A stretch of 64,000 bases of DNA from the human T2T-CHM13v2.0 reference genome, Homo sapiens: NCBI RefSeq assembly GCF_009914755.1, contig NC_060927.1; one strand, written 5' to 3'. Below are positions 1 to 14,000 of the stretch, piece by piece. Positions within the stretch are counted from its first letter, which is position 1, and each line of letters starts with the position of its first letter. A program made the position numbers and the translations under genes. The notes under the pieces are model-generated. The model was not told where the DNA came from. It made no database searches and saw only the letters and a list, made by a program, of their open reading frames with translations.

Positions 1-461
1 GATCCCTTTGGCTCATACGCCTTTCTGCTAGCTTACCCTGATTCTGCTTCTGGTTCAGATAGTATTTTAATATTTCTAGTGTGTCTTTTTGTAAGATACC
101 TGAAATCTTTTTGTGGAATGAAGTGGCATGAAAAATAAACCAATAATCATTAGTAATTATGTTTCCTGCCTTTTCACTTTATTAAAATCTTCGTCTTGTG
201 CATCATGTTTAACAATTTTGAGTTATTTTAGTAAATTTGCAAGGGTTCGGTCCCATTTTATTGATATTTGGGTTGTTTCCTATTTTTGCTCTTAATAACA
301 CCGTACAGAACATATTTGTGACCATAACTTTCTCTTTAGGATTATTTTTTTAGATGTATGCCCCAGACGTGGCCTTTATTGGCTTGCAGGGAATGAACAT
401 CATACCTCCTAGACTTATTTTTTTAAAGTTATGCTGTTTTAGTCCTGGGTTAGTTACCTAA

Positions 462-632
462 TTTTGTTTGGTTTGAGACGGAGTTTCGCTCTTGTTGCCC
501 AGGCTGGAGTGGAATGGCGGGATCTCGGCTCACCGCAACGTCTGCCTCCAGGGTTCAAGAGATTCTCCCGCGGAGCTTACAGTGAGCGGAGATGGCGCCA
601 CTTCACTCCAGCCTGGGCAACAGAGCAAGACT
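462..632. mobile_element. Fused inverted Alu right-arm fragments
   Basis: Antisense Alu arm 462-568 directly joined to sense arm 570-632. Confidence 0.85.
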
Positions 633-979
633 ATATTGCTTTAATTTACTCTGCCGGCTATCTGGAGAGATGCAACCTCATCAGCAGAAATTATTTCCAC
701 CTGCTGCTTTTTAAATGTTATTTCCTATAGCCAGGTACTGAGCCCTTCAATTGAGGTCTAAACCCTCCACCCTCTCCCTCCGGGATTGCCAAGCCTGTGG
801 TTTCAGTTCCATGCTCCCAGGTAGATTATGTCAACTCAAAGTCAATGCGCTTATGAAATACTTTTTGTGGTTTTTTTCTTAATTTTAAGAGGTTTTTTTT
901 TTAAATATGTTTTTGTTTCATGGAGGCGACACCCTCTGTCTCTGAGTTGTGGGAGCCTTCCTCCTTCAGTCTGCATGTA

Positions 980-2040
980 CTGAAGCCACTGTTTGCCGTA
1001 CAGCCCCTCAGCCGCAGCAGCCCACAGTGAGGTGCAGGTGCTCACGCCATCGCCCCAGAGAGCTCCTCCATTCGCCCCTCCACCCGTAGCCCCTCGAAAC
1101 CACTGCCCTGCTCCCCGACACGGTACACTGTCTTCTCCAAGATGTCATGTGTTGGCATCCTTCGGCCTGTGGCCACCGAAACTAGCTTCCTTCACCGGGC
1201 ATGTAGCCTGGGAGACCTGGGGCATTTGGGTGCATCTTTCCACTGCTGGTTGGTGTCCCCTATGTGGAAGCATCCGCGTTGGTTCACGCCTTCTCCTGCT
1301 CCTGCCGATGGACATTTTGTTTTCTTCCAGTTATTGGCAATGAGGAATGAGGCCTAAACACTTGTGTGCAGGTTTGTGTGTGCACGTTTAAGTTTTCCCT
1401 TGGGGGACATTTCAGCAGTGGGGTTGCTGGATGACATGGTAAGGATGTGCTTAACTTCTTAAGAAACTCCCGGACCACTTTCCAGCATGGCGGGACCCCT
1501 CCCATTCCCACTGCAGCTTATGAGGGTCCCAGTTCCTCTGCATCATCACTAGAACCTGGGTTGGCCCATGGGTTTTGTCTGTTTTTAGCCATTTTAATGG
1601 ATTTGCAGAGGTACTGCTGACTGGCATTTCTCCAGCATCTCTATGATGTTGAGCCTCTTTCTCGGGCAATATGCCCTCCTTATACCTTCTTTGATGAGGC
1701 CTCCATTCCAATATTGGCCCTCTCTTTAATACTGGGGTTTTTACTTTCTTATGGTTAAGTTTTGATGGTTCTTCATATATCCTGCGTGCCAGTAGGTTGT
1801 GAGACGTGTGATTCACAAATGTTTATTTCTAGACCATAGTTTGTGTTTCATTCTCTTTGGATTTTTATATTGCTTTATAGAATTATAATTTTAAATTTAT
1901 GACTACATTTAATTTGTCAATCTTATGAATCATGCTTTTGGTGTCATGTCTAAGAACTTTTCGCCTAACCCCAGGCCATACGAATTTTCCCCTGTGTTTT
2001 TACCTAAGGGTTTGATAGCGTTAGGTTCTCCATTTAGGCC
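980..2040 (-). mobile_element. Ancient L1M fragment (ORF2 end/3' UTR)
   Basis: Degenerate L1 motifs such as GTTGCTGGATGACATGGTAA and CATGCTTTTGGTGTCATGTCTAAGAAC; GC-shifted. Confidence 0.6.
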
Positions 2041-2079
2041 TTTAATAAATGTTGTGTAACATTTTGTGACCGCCATGGC

Positions 2080-2259
2080 CATACCTTTCTCCATCTCTCA
2101 CGGTATCGTGGGCATTTGCAGCTCCCAGTGCGCCGTGCTGTTCCCGTCTTCTTGGTCTGCTCCTCCTGTCATACCTTTCTCCGTCTCTCACAGTATCGTG
2201 GGCGTTTGCAGCTCCCAGTGCCCCGTGCTGTTCCTGGCTTCTTGGTCCGCTCTTCCTGT
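2080..2259. repeat. Tandem duplication, 2 x 90 bp
   Basis: CATACCTTTCTCC...CCTGT starts at 2080 and 2170. Confidence 0.9.
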
Positions 2260-2920
2260 GAGTTCCAGGGCACGTCTTAGTGCTGGCACTGTCCTGGTCC
2301 ATCGGGGGTCCCATGAGCTTCTCCATGTGGGAAGGTTGGGACTGTGATGTTGACGGGATGCCCTGTGAGTCAGGAGGAGGTGCTGACGGGGGTTTCCATG
2401 TAGGAGAGAGAGGTGTTTGGTTTTCCGGATGGGGCAGACTTGAGAGGGGACAAACTTGAGAAATGCCACCAATGAGAAGTGCAGGCACAGCAGGTCTCGG
2501 GGCTGCCCAGCCGTGTGGGAGCCAAACGTGGATGTGTCAGTGGCCACACCAGGAGGTAAACCCTCAACCAAGGGCCTCTGGGTGTCCAAGACCAAGTCTT
2601 GCTCAAGAGGTGTGTTCAGCTGAGCCAACCATGGCAGAAATGCATAAGGGAGATCCCACGGTTCCTCTGTTTAAATCCCCTGCTAATCCCACCAGACTCA
2701 GAGAAGCAGCCAAGTCCTCACAGCAGCCTGCAACCCCCGCCTGACTCGGCCTCCTCTTGGCTCTGATTCTCTGTACCCTTCTATCCCTGTCTCTTCTTCC
2801 ATCAGAGAGGAGATCCGGCACGTTTATCCTGGTGGATTCAAACCCATCTTTGCCCCATATATAGTCACCGGAATGAATAGGTATAATCTAGAAAGAGTCC
2901 TTTTGAAAAAGAAAAAAGCA

Positions 2921-4368
<1,448 letters not shown>

Positions 4369-5599
4369 CTAACAGGGGGAGATATCATGTGACACCCACC
4401 AGACGGGCAAAAATCCCACCACCCAATCCATGCAGGTGTTGGGGAGAATGGAGAGAAGCAGGAACACCAGGCACTGCTAAGAACGCTTGTGAAGTATATT
4501 TCTGCTATGCTTGTATATGAAAGAGTGTGTGTTGTGGGTTATGAGGAAAATTACATTTCTTACCTGGGATGAAATTTTAAAACTTGAAAGCTACTGACCA
4601 GAAGAAACTTGCGCTTGTGTACAAAAGAAACGCCCAAGAACGTTCCCAACAAAACACAGTCCTAAGGGCCCCAACCTGGCCAAACCCTCATCCACGGGAA
4701 GATGAAGACATTTCCCATGCTCCCCTCAGACGACGGGAGACCATGCAGCAATGAAAATGAGCCATGTCAGTGTGGGTGGGTCTCAGGGAGAGAATGGAGG
4801 ACAAAAATAGACACAGAGCAGGTGCTCAGAGCCATGCAGTGCAGGAGCAGCCACGCAGGAGAATTCCCTCACGTCAAAGTTCAAAACTACAGCCGAGGCA
4901 ACAGAGCAAGACCCTGCCTCAAAAAGAAAACAGAAAGTTCAAAAACTAAATGGCTTATTTTTTAGGGATGTACACACACGGTGAAAGAAATGTACTATGA
5001 AGGAAAGTGTGCAAATAATAAAGACTAAGGCAAGAAGTGATTCCCTCCGTAGGAGAAGGGAAGGGACTGGGACTCAGGCAGGGCCTCCAGGGAGCATCCA
5101 AAGCTATGTCTCTTCAGATTCTCCTCCCTAAACTTGGTGGAGGTCCTCTGTGTCCAATGTGTCAATATTCTTTATACCTTACCCATACTGTACAAATGCT
5201 TTATTTCTATTCAATATTTAGAAGACAGTTATAAACAGGATGCATTCAATAGCAAGGTGGCAGATGAACATCAGGAAGGAACATCCATCAGCTTCCATCC
5301 ACGGAACCTCACCATGGATACGCTTGTGATCAAGGGCCTGGTCTCCCCTCAAGACACGGTCACAGATCAGAGGCCACACCATCCTAGCAGTGGAGCAGGA
5401 CCAGCTGGGACAGGGTCCTTCTGTGACACCTGCTGCATCACCAGGCTGGGTGAACGGACACAATTGCCAGAACTCACAGAATAGAAGTATCAGCACCGAA
5501 ACCTCACAGGAAAAATGGTAAGTTCTAAGTTTCTCCATTAATAGTAACTCTCAGATTAATCTCTGTCATCCATCGCTTCTCCAAGAAATGACTTTTTAG

Positions 5600-8025
5600 G
5601 GTGACGTGCCAGGCGCCATGTTGGAGGGCTGGTGGTAGCGGCTTGGGGAGGTGCTCACTCTGTCGGTCTCACTCTCTCACACGCTTCCCCGGCTCCCTTC
5701 GTTCCCCCCCACCCCACTTGGCCTGCGTGCTGGAGGGTGTGCGAGGGAGTGGGAGGACGTCGGGGGGTGGGGGGAGGCGTTCCGGTCCCCAAGAGACCCG
5801 CGGAGGGAGGCGGAGGCTGTGAGGGACTCCGGGAAGCCATGGACGTCGACAGGCTCCAGGAGGCACTGGAAGATTTTGAGAAGAGGCGAAAAAGAAAGTC
5901 TGTCCTGTCGTGGATCAGCTCCTTTGTCATGTAGCCAAGACTGGAGAAACAGATTCCGTGGTCCCAATTTAAAGGCTATTTTATTTTCAAACTGGAGAAA
6001 GTGATGGATGATTTCAGAACTTCAGCTCCTGTGCCAAGAGGTCCTCCCAACCCTAATGTCGAATATATTCCCTTTGATGCAACAAAGGGAAGAATACTGA
6101 AAACTGTCACTGGATTTAACCGTATCCCTTTTACTATTCAGCGACTATTGAATTGTTAACAGATCCGAGGAGAAACTATACAGGAACAGACAAATTTCTC
6201 AGAGGAGTAGAAAAGAACGTGATGGTTGTTAGCTGTGTTTATCCTTCTTCAGAGAAAAACAATTCCAATAGTTTAAATCGAATGAATGGTGTGATGTTTC
6301 CTGGAAATGCACCAAGCTATACTGAGAGGTCTAATATAAATGGGCCTGGGACACCCAGGCCACGTAATCGACCAAAGGTTTCTCTGTCAGCCCCCATGAC
6401 AACAAATGGGTGGCCTGATAGCACAGACAGCAAAGAGGCAAATTTGCAGCAAAATGAAGAGAAAACTCACAGTGACTCTTCGACATCTGAATCAGAAGTT
6501 TCCTCAGTGAGCCCTTTGAGAAATAAACATCCAGATGAAGATGCTGTGGAAGCTGAGGGGCATGAGGTAAAAAGACTCAGGTTTGACAAAAAGGCGAAGT
6601 CGGAGAAATAGCCAGTCAAGCGACTTGCAGCGAAATTTCTTCAGTTGTGGTAGAAGAAACAGAAGCATCACCTTCATCCCATGATAAAGACAAAGAAAGC
6701 CGTGGTACCCGGCAGCGCGTTCAGAAGAGGATGAAGAAGATGAAGAGGAAGAAGAAGGGATTGAGAGACCATCTGTAAAAGGGAGGAGTAAGGAGATCCT
6801 CAAATTCTTGCATTCATTGTTTTCGTGAAAGAACTGTACATCATGGAACTCCTTGTAATGCCGACGCTGGGCTTTTCTCCTACCTGTATGCAGTTGCTGC
6901 TGAATTTCAGGGGATGTGATTTGAACTACAGAACATCAGAATTCATGAAACTTAACTGTGGAGGTATTTTGAAAATAAAATTTAAGTACAACAACATTTG
7001 CTTAGTTTTAGAGTCTTTTATGACATCAAGAGAAATGATCCCAGAAAGAAATAAACAAGAAAAAGAATCTGATGATGCCTCAACTGTGAATGAAGAGACT
7101 TCTGAGGAAAATAATGAAATGGAGGAATCTGATGTGTCTCAAGCTGAGAAAGATTTACTACATTCTGAAGGTAGTGAAAACGAAGGCCCTGAAAGTAGTG
7201 GTTCTTCTGACTGCCGTGAAACAGAAGAATTAGTAGGATCCAATTCCAGTAAAACTGGAGAGATTCTTTCAGAATCATCCATGGAAAATGATGACGAAGC
7301 CACAGAAGTCACCGATGAACCAATGGAACAAGACTATTTAGAAACATTTACATGCAGTATTTTACACACAGTTCTGGTTTTAACACCGTATAAAACTTTT
7401 ATGTTAAAACGCGCACCTTTAGTTTTACAAGAAAAGCAGGTTGTAAAATAAAGTACTTTATGGATAATTCCTGAAAGAGTTGTCCATGTAAGAACTGTGA
7501 ATATCAGCTCCTCTGGGTCCTGCTTACGTTACCACTGATTTCTTTCTTTCTTTCTTTCTTTCTTTTTTTGGTCTGGGCAAATCAGTGGTTTGTATATAGA
7601 TTTTTTTTAAAAATTTAGGATTAAAGTTTTTAAACTGGAAAGTAATTATAATTTTGAACAGTTTTTTGAGATTATCACATTTAGTTTATACATATGCAAG
7701 AAGCTTTTTGTCTTGTGTCTTTCTGATAGCTCTAGCAGTTTTCATATTTTGGTCATAGTTTCAACATTTTAACATGTGAATAATAGGGTTTCATGCTGGT
7801 TTCCAGATTGTATTGTTCGGCTACATACAATGGAACCTTAAGTTGTGTATATATATATATATTATTCTAAGGGGGAAAATGTTATATTTTTCTGTTTGTA
7901 TAAGAGATGAATACAGTGGATACTTTTTCTATTGGTAATGACTGAGTTCACCTCTTTCAGAAGACATTTTCTTTCTCTTCTGAGTAACTGAAATAAAATC
8001 TGGCCTTTGTGAAACCCTGGAAATA
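5600..8025 (+). pseudogene. Processed pseudogene of PPP4R2 (PP4 regulatory subunit 2) with 5' and 3' UTR
   Basis: ATG at 5839 [16 protein letters not shown]; [32 protein letters not shown]; [13 protein letters not shown]...[10 protein letters not shown]. Largely intronless, several frameshifts (first near 5890), normal stop lost; AATAAA at 7992-7997. Confidence 0.93.
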
Positions 8026-11000
8026 CCACGACCCTCAACTAGAAACACCAATACCAGCTCCTCCGTGAGTTCCCAGCTCCACAACCTAAGACATCAGAGG
8101 CAGCATTGGTTCCTCATGTAGATTCCAGCTCCGGGACCCCCATATTTGAACCGCAAGACCATCTCATCCCTGGATCTCCAGCTGCACCACACTCAAATTA
8201 GAACAACATCAGCTCCTCCCCAGGTCTCCACCTGCACAGCCCTCAAACGGGAACGTCAGCTCCTCCCCGGGTCTCCAGCTGCAGGGCCCTAAAACTAGAA
8301 CATCAGCTCCCGCCTGGGTCGCTAGCTGCACCACCCTCAAACTGGAACATCAGATCCCCATGGGTCTCCAGCTGCAGGGCCCTCAAACTGGAACATCAGC
8401 TCCCCACCAGATCTCCAGCTGCATGGACCTCAAACTGGAACATCAGCAACCCGCCGGGTCTCCAGCTGCACTGCCTGCAAACTGGAACATGAGCTCCCTG
8501 CCGGGTCTCCAGCTGCTTGGCCCTCAAACTGGAGCATCAGCTCCCCACCAGATCTCCAGGTGCATGGCCCTCAAACTGGAATATCAGTTCCACCCTGGGG
8601 CTCCAGGTGCACAGCCCTCAACCTGCAACATCAGCTCTCCACTGGGACTCCAGATGCACGGCCCTCAAACTGGAACATCAGCTCCCTGCCGGGTCTCCAG
8701 ATGCACGGCCTGCAAACTGGAACATCAGCTCCCGTCAGGTCTCCAGCTGCACGGCCCTCAAACTGGAATATCAGCTCCACCCCGGGGCTCCAGGTGCACA
8801 GCCCTCAAACTGCAACATCAGCTCTCAGCCAGGTACCCAGCTGCATGGCCCTCAAACTGCAACATCAGTTCCCCCCCGGGTCTCCAGCTTCACGGCCCTC
8901 AAACTGGAACATCAGCTCCCCAACCAGGTCTCCAGCTCCACGGCCCTCAACCTGCAACATCAGCTCCCCACCAGATCTCCAGATGCACGGCCCTCAAACT
9001 GGAACATCGGCTCCCCACAGGGTCTCCAGCTGCATGGACTTAAACTGGAACATCAGCTCCCAGGCCCTCAAACAGGAACATCAGCTCCCAGGCCCTCAAA
9101 CAGGAACATCAGCTCCCCACAGGGTCTCCAGCTGCATGGCCCTCAAATTGCAACATCAGTTCCCCGCTGGGTCTCCAGCTGCACCGCTTCAAACTGCAAC
9201 ATCAGTTCCCCCCTGGGTCTCCAGCTGCACCACTTCAAACTGCAACATCAGCTCCCCGCTGGGTCTCCAGCAGCATGGCCCTCAACCTGGAACATCAGCT
9301 CCCCCGAACCCGGGTCTCCAGCTCCACAGCCCTCAACCTGGAACATCAGCTCCCCCCAACCCGGGTCTCCAGCTCCACGGCCCTCAAACTGGAACATCAG
9401 CTCCCTGCCGGGTATCCAGTTGCACGGCCCTCAAACTGGAACATCAGCTCCCCACCAGGTCTCCAGCTGCACGGCCCTCACACTGGAACATCAGCTCCCC
9501 ACCAGATCTCCAGCTGCACGGCTCTCAAACAGGAACATCAGCTCCCCACAGGGTCTCCAGCTGCACGGCCCTCAAACTGCAACATCGGTTCCCCGCTGGG
9601 TCTCCAGCTACACCGCGTCAACCTGGAACTTCAGCTCCCCCCCGGGTCTCCAGCTCCATGGCCCTCAACCTGCAACACTGGCTCCCCACCGGGTCTCCAG
9701 ATGCACAGCCCTCAAACTGGAACATCAACTCCCCACCGGGTATACAGCTGCATGGCCTTAAACTGGAACATCAGCTCCCTGCCCAGGTCTCCACATGCAC
9801 AGCCCTCAAACTGGAACATCAGCTCCCCGCCAGGTCTCCAGGAGCACGGACCTCAAACTGGAACATCAGCTCCCTGCCAGGTCACCAGCTGCATGGCCCT
9901 CAAACTGGGACATCACCTCCCCACGAGGTCTCCAGCTGCATGGCCCTCAAATTGCAACATCAGCTCCCATCAGAGTCTCCAGCTGCATGGCCATCAAACT
10001 GGAACATCAGCTCCCCCGTGGGTCTCCAGCTGCACAGACCTCAAACTTGAACATCAGCTTCCCGCCGGGTCATCAACTGCACGGCCCTCAAACTGGAACA
10101 TCAGCTCCACCCCCGGGTCTCCAGCTGCACAGCCCTACAACCGGAACATCAGCTCCCTGCCGGGTCTCCAGCTGCACAGCCCTACAACCAGAACATCAGC
10201 TCCCTGCCGGGTCTCCAGCTGCACAGCCCTCAAACTGGAACATCAGATCCCCACTGGGTTCAAACTATTCCAGTTTGAGGGCCGTGCAGCTGGAGACCCG
10301 GCGGGGAGCTGATATTCCAGTCTGAGGGCCGTGCAGCTGGATACCCGGTGGGGAGCTGAAGTTCCAGTTTGAGGGCCATGCAGCTGGATACCCGGTGGGG
10401 AGCTGAAGTTCCAGTTTGAGGGCTGTGAAGCTGGAGACCCGGTGGGGAGCTGATGTTCCAGTTTGAGGGCCGTGAAGCTGGAGACCCGGTGGGGAGCTGA
10501 TGTTCCAGTTTGAGGGCCGCGCAGCTGGAGACTCGGGGGTAGCCGATGTTGCAGTTTGAGGGCCGTGCAGCTGGAGACCCAGGTGGGAAATGATGTTCCA
10601 GTTTGGGAGCCATGCAGCTGGAGGCACTGCGGGGAGCAGATGTTCCAGTTTGATGTTCCTCCCTGGGTCGCCAGGTGCACGGCCATCAAACCGGAACATC
10701 AGCTCCCCGGCCCTCAAACCGGAACATCAGCTCCCCGCCGGATCTCCAGCTGCACAGCCGTCAACATCAGCTCCTCCCCGAGTCCTCAGCTGCACGACCC
10801 TCAAGTTAGAACATCAGCTTCTCCCCAAGTCTTCAGCTGCGTGACCCTCAATCTAGAACATCAGTTCTTCTCTGGGTCTGCAGCTGCAAGACCCTGAAAC
10901 TACATCAGCTTCTCTCCAGTTCTGCAGCTGCAAGACCCTCAAACTACAACATCAGCTTCCCTCCAGGTCTCCAGTTCCGTGACCCTAAATCTAGAACATC

Positions 11001-14000
11001 AGCTCCTTCCTGAGTCTCCAACTGAAAGACCCTCAAAGCGAACAACATCAGTTCCTCCCCGAGTCTTCAGCTGCACGACACTCAATCTACAACATCAGCT
11101 CCTGTCTGGTTCTCCAGCTGCACGACCCTCAAACTACAACCTCAGCTCTTCCCCGAGTCTTCTGCTGCATGACCCTCAATCTAGAACATAAGCTCCTCTC
11201 TGGGTGTCCACCTGTAGGGACCTCAAATTAGAACGTCAGCTCCTCCCAGAGTCTTCAGCTGCATGACCCTCAATCTTTAACATCAGCTCCTCTCCAGGTC
11301 TGCAGCTCCATGACCCTAAAAATACATGAGCAGCTCCTCCCTGAATCTTCAGCTGTACGACCCTCAAACTACAACATCAGCTCCTGTCTGCACCTCCAGC
11401 TGCAGGGCCCTCAAACTAGAATATCAGCTCCTCCCCGAGTCTTCAGCTGCACGACCCTCAAACTAGAACATCAGCTCCTGTACAGATTTCCAACTGTAGG
11501 GCCCTCAAACTAGAACATCAGCTCCTCCCCGAGTCGGCAGCTGCAAGACCCTCAAATTACCAACTCAGCTCCTCCCGGAGTCTTCAGCTGCATGACCCTC
11601 AATCTCGAACATCAGATACTCTCTGGGTCTGCAGCTGTAGGGCCCTCAATCTAGAACATCAGCTCCTCCCGAGTCTTCAGCTGCATGACTCTCAAACTAG
11701 AACCTCAGCTCCTCCCCGAGTCTTCAGCTGCACGACCCTTAATCTAGAACCTCAGCTCCTCCCGAGTCTTCAGCTGCACGACCCTCAATCTAGAACATCA
11801 GCTCCTCTCCAGGTTTGCAGAAGACCCTCAAACTAGAACATCAGCTTCTCCCTGAGTCTTCACCTGCATGACCCTCAATCTAGAACATCAGCTCCTCTGC
11901 AGGTTTGCAGCTGCAAGACCCTCAAACTACAACATCAGCTCCTCTCCAGGTCTGCAGCTGCAAGACCCTCAAACTGGAACATCAGCTCCTCTCCAGGTCT
12001 GCAGCTGCAAGACCCTCAAACTAGAACATCAGCTCCTCCCTGAGTCTTCACCTGCATGACCCTCAATCTAGAACATCAGCTCCTCTCCAGGTCTGCAGCT
12101 GCAAGACCTTCAAACTAGAACATCAGCTCCTCTCCAGGTCTGCAGCTGCAAGACCCTCAAACTAGAACATCAGCTCCTGCCCGAGTCTTCAGCAGCATGA
12201 CCCTCAATCTAGAACATCAGCTCCTCTCTGGATCTGCAGCTGCAAGACCCTGAAACTAGAACATCATCTTCTCTCCAGGTCTCCAGTTCCGTGACTCTAA
12301 ATCTAGAACATCAGCTCCTCCCTGAGTCTCCAACTGAAAGACCCTCAACGCGAAAAACATCATCTCCTCCCCAAGTCTGCAGCTGCAAGACCCTCAAACT
12401 AGAACATCAGCTCCTCCCCAGGTCTGCAGCTGCAAGACCCTCACACTAGAACATCAGCTCCTCTCCAGGTCTGCAGCTGCACGTCCCTCAAACTAGAACA
12501 TCAGCTCCTCTCCAGGTCTCCAGCTGCAAGACCCTCAAACTAGAACATCAGCTCCTCTCCGGCTCTGCAGCTCCAAGATCCTCAAACGAGAACATCAGCT
12601 CCTCTCTGGATCTGCAGCTGCAAGACCCTCAATCTAGAACCTCAGCTCCTCCCCGGGTCTTCAGCTGCATGACCCCCAAATTAGAACCTCAGCTCCTCCC
12701 CGAGTCTTCAGCTGCACGACCCTCAATCTAGAACATCAGCTCCTCTCCAGGTCTGCAGCTGCAAGACCCTCAAACTAGAACATCGGCTCCTCTCCAGGTG
12801 TGCAGCTGCACGACCCTCAAACTAGAACATCAGCTCCTCTCTGGGTCTGCAGCTGCAAGATCCTCAAACTAGAACATCAGCTCCTCTCCAGGTCTGCAGC
12901 TGCACGACCCTCAATCTAGAACATCAGCTCCACCCCAGGTCTTCAGCTGCACGACCCTCAAACTAGAACATCAGCTCCTCCCTGGGTCTGCAGCTGGAAG
13001 ATCCACTAACTAGAACATCAACTCCTGTCTGGGTCTCCAGCTCCATGACCCTCAATCAAGATTATCAGCTCCTCCCTGAATCACCAGCTGAAAGACCCTC
13101 AATGTGAACAACATCAGCTCCTCCCCGAGTCCTCAACTGCACCACCCTCAAACTACAACACCAGCTCCTCCCCGAGTCTTCAGCTGCAGGACCCTCAATC
13201 TAGAACATCAGCTCCTCCCCGAGTCTTCAGCTGCACGACCCTCAATCTAGAACATCAGCTCCTCTCCGCGTCTGCAGCTAGAAGATCCACTAACTAGAAC
13301 ATTAGCTCCTGTCCAGGTCTCCAGCTCCATGACCCTCAATCAAGATTATCAGCTCCTCCCTGAGTCTCTAGCTGAAAGGCTCTCAATGCAAACAACATTA
13401 GCTCCTCCCCAAGTCCTCAACAGTGCGACCCTCAAACTAGACCATCAGCTCCTCCCCGAGTCTTCAGCTGCACGACCCTCAATCTAGAACATCAGCTCCT
13501 CTCCAGGTCTGCAGCTGCAAGAACCTAAAAGTAGAACATCACCTACTCCCTGGGTCTGCAGCTGGAAGATCCACTAACTAGAACATCAGCTCCTGTCCGG
13601 GTCTCCAGCTCCATGACCCTCAATCAAGATTATCAGCTCCTCCCTGAATCTCCACCTGAAAGACCCTCAACGAGAACAACATCAGCTCCTCCCTGAGTCC
13701 TCAACTGCATGACCCTCAAACTACAATATGAGCTCCTCGCCGAGTCTTCAGCTGCACGACCCTCAATCTAGAACATCAGCTCCTCTCCGTGTCTGCAGCT
13801 AGAAGATCCACTAACTAGCACATTAGCTCCTGTCCGGGTCTCCAGCTCCATGACCCACAGTCAAGATTATCAGCTCCTCCCTGAGTCTCCAGCTGAAAGA
13901 CTCTCAACGCAAACAACATTAGCTCCTCCCCGAGTCTTCAACAGCGCGACCCTCAAACTACAACTTCAGCTCCTCCCCGAGTTCAGCTGCACGACCCTCA

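Noticed and set aside
6153-7451. 152-aa and 208-aa ORFs as functional PPP4R2
   Set aside because: Fragments of a frameshifted retrocopy.
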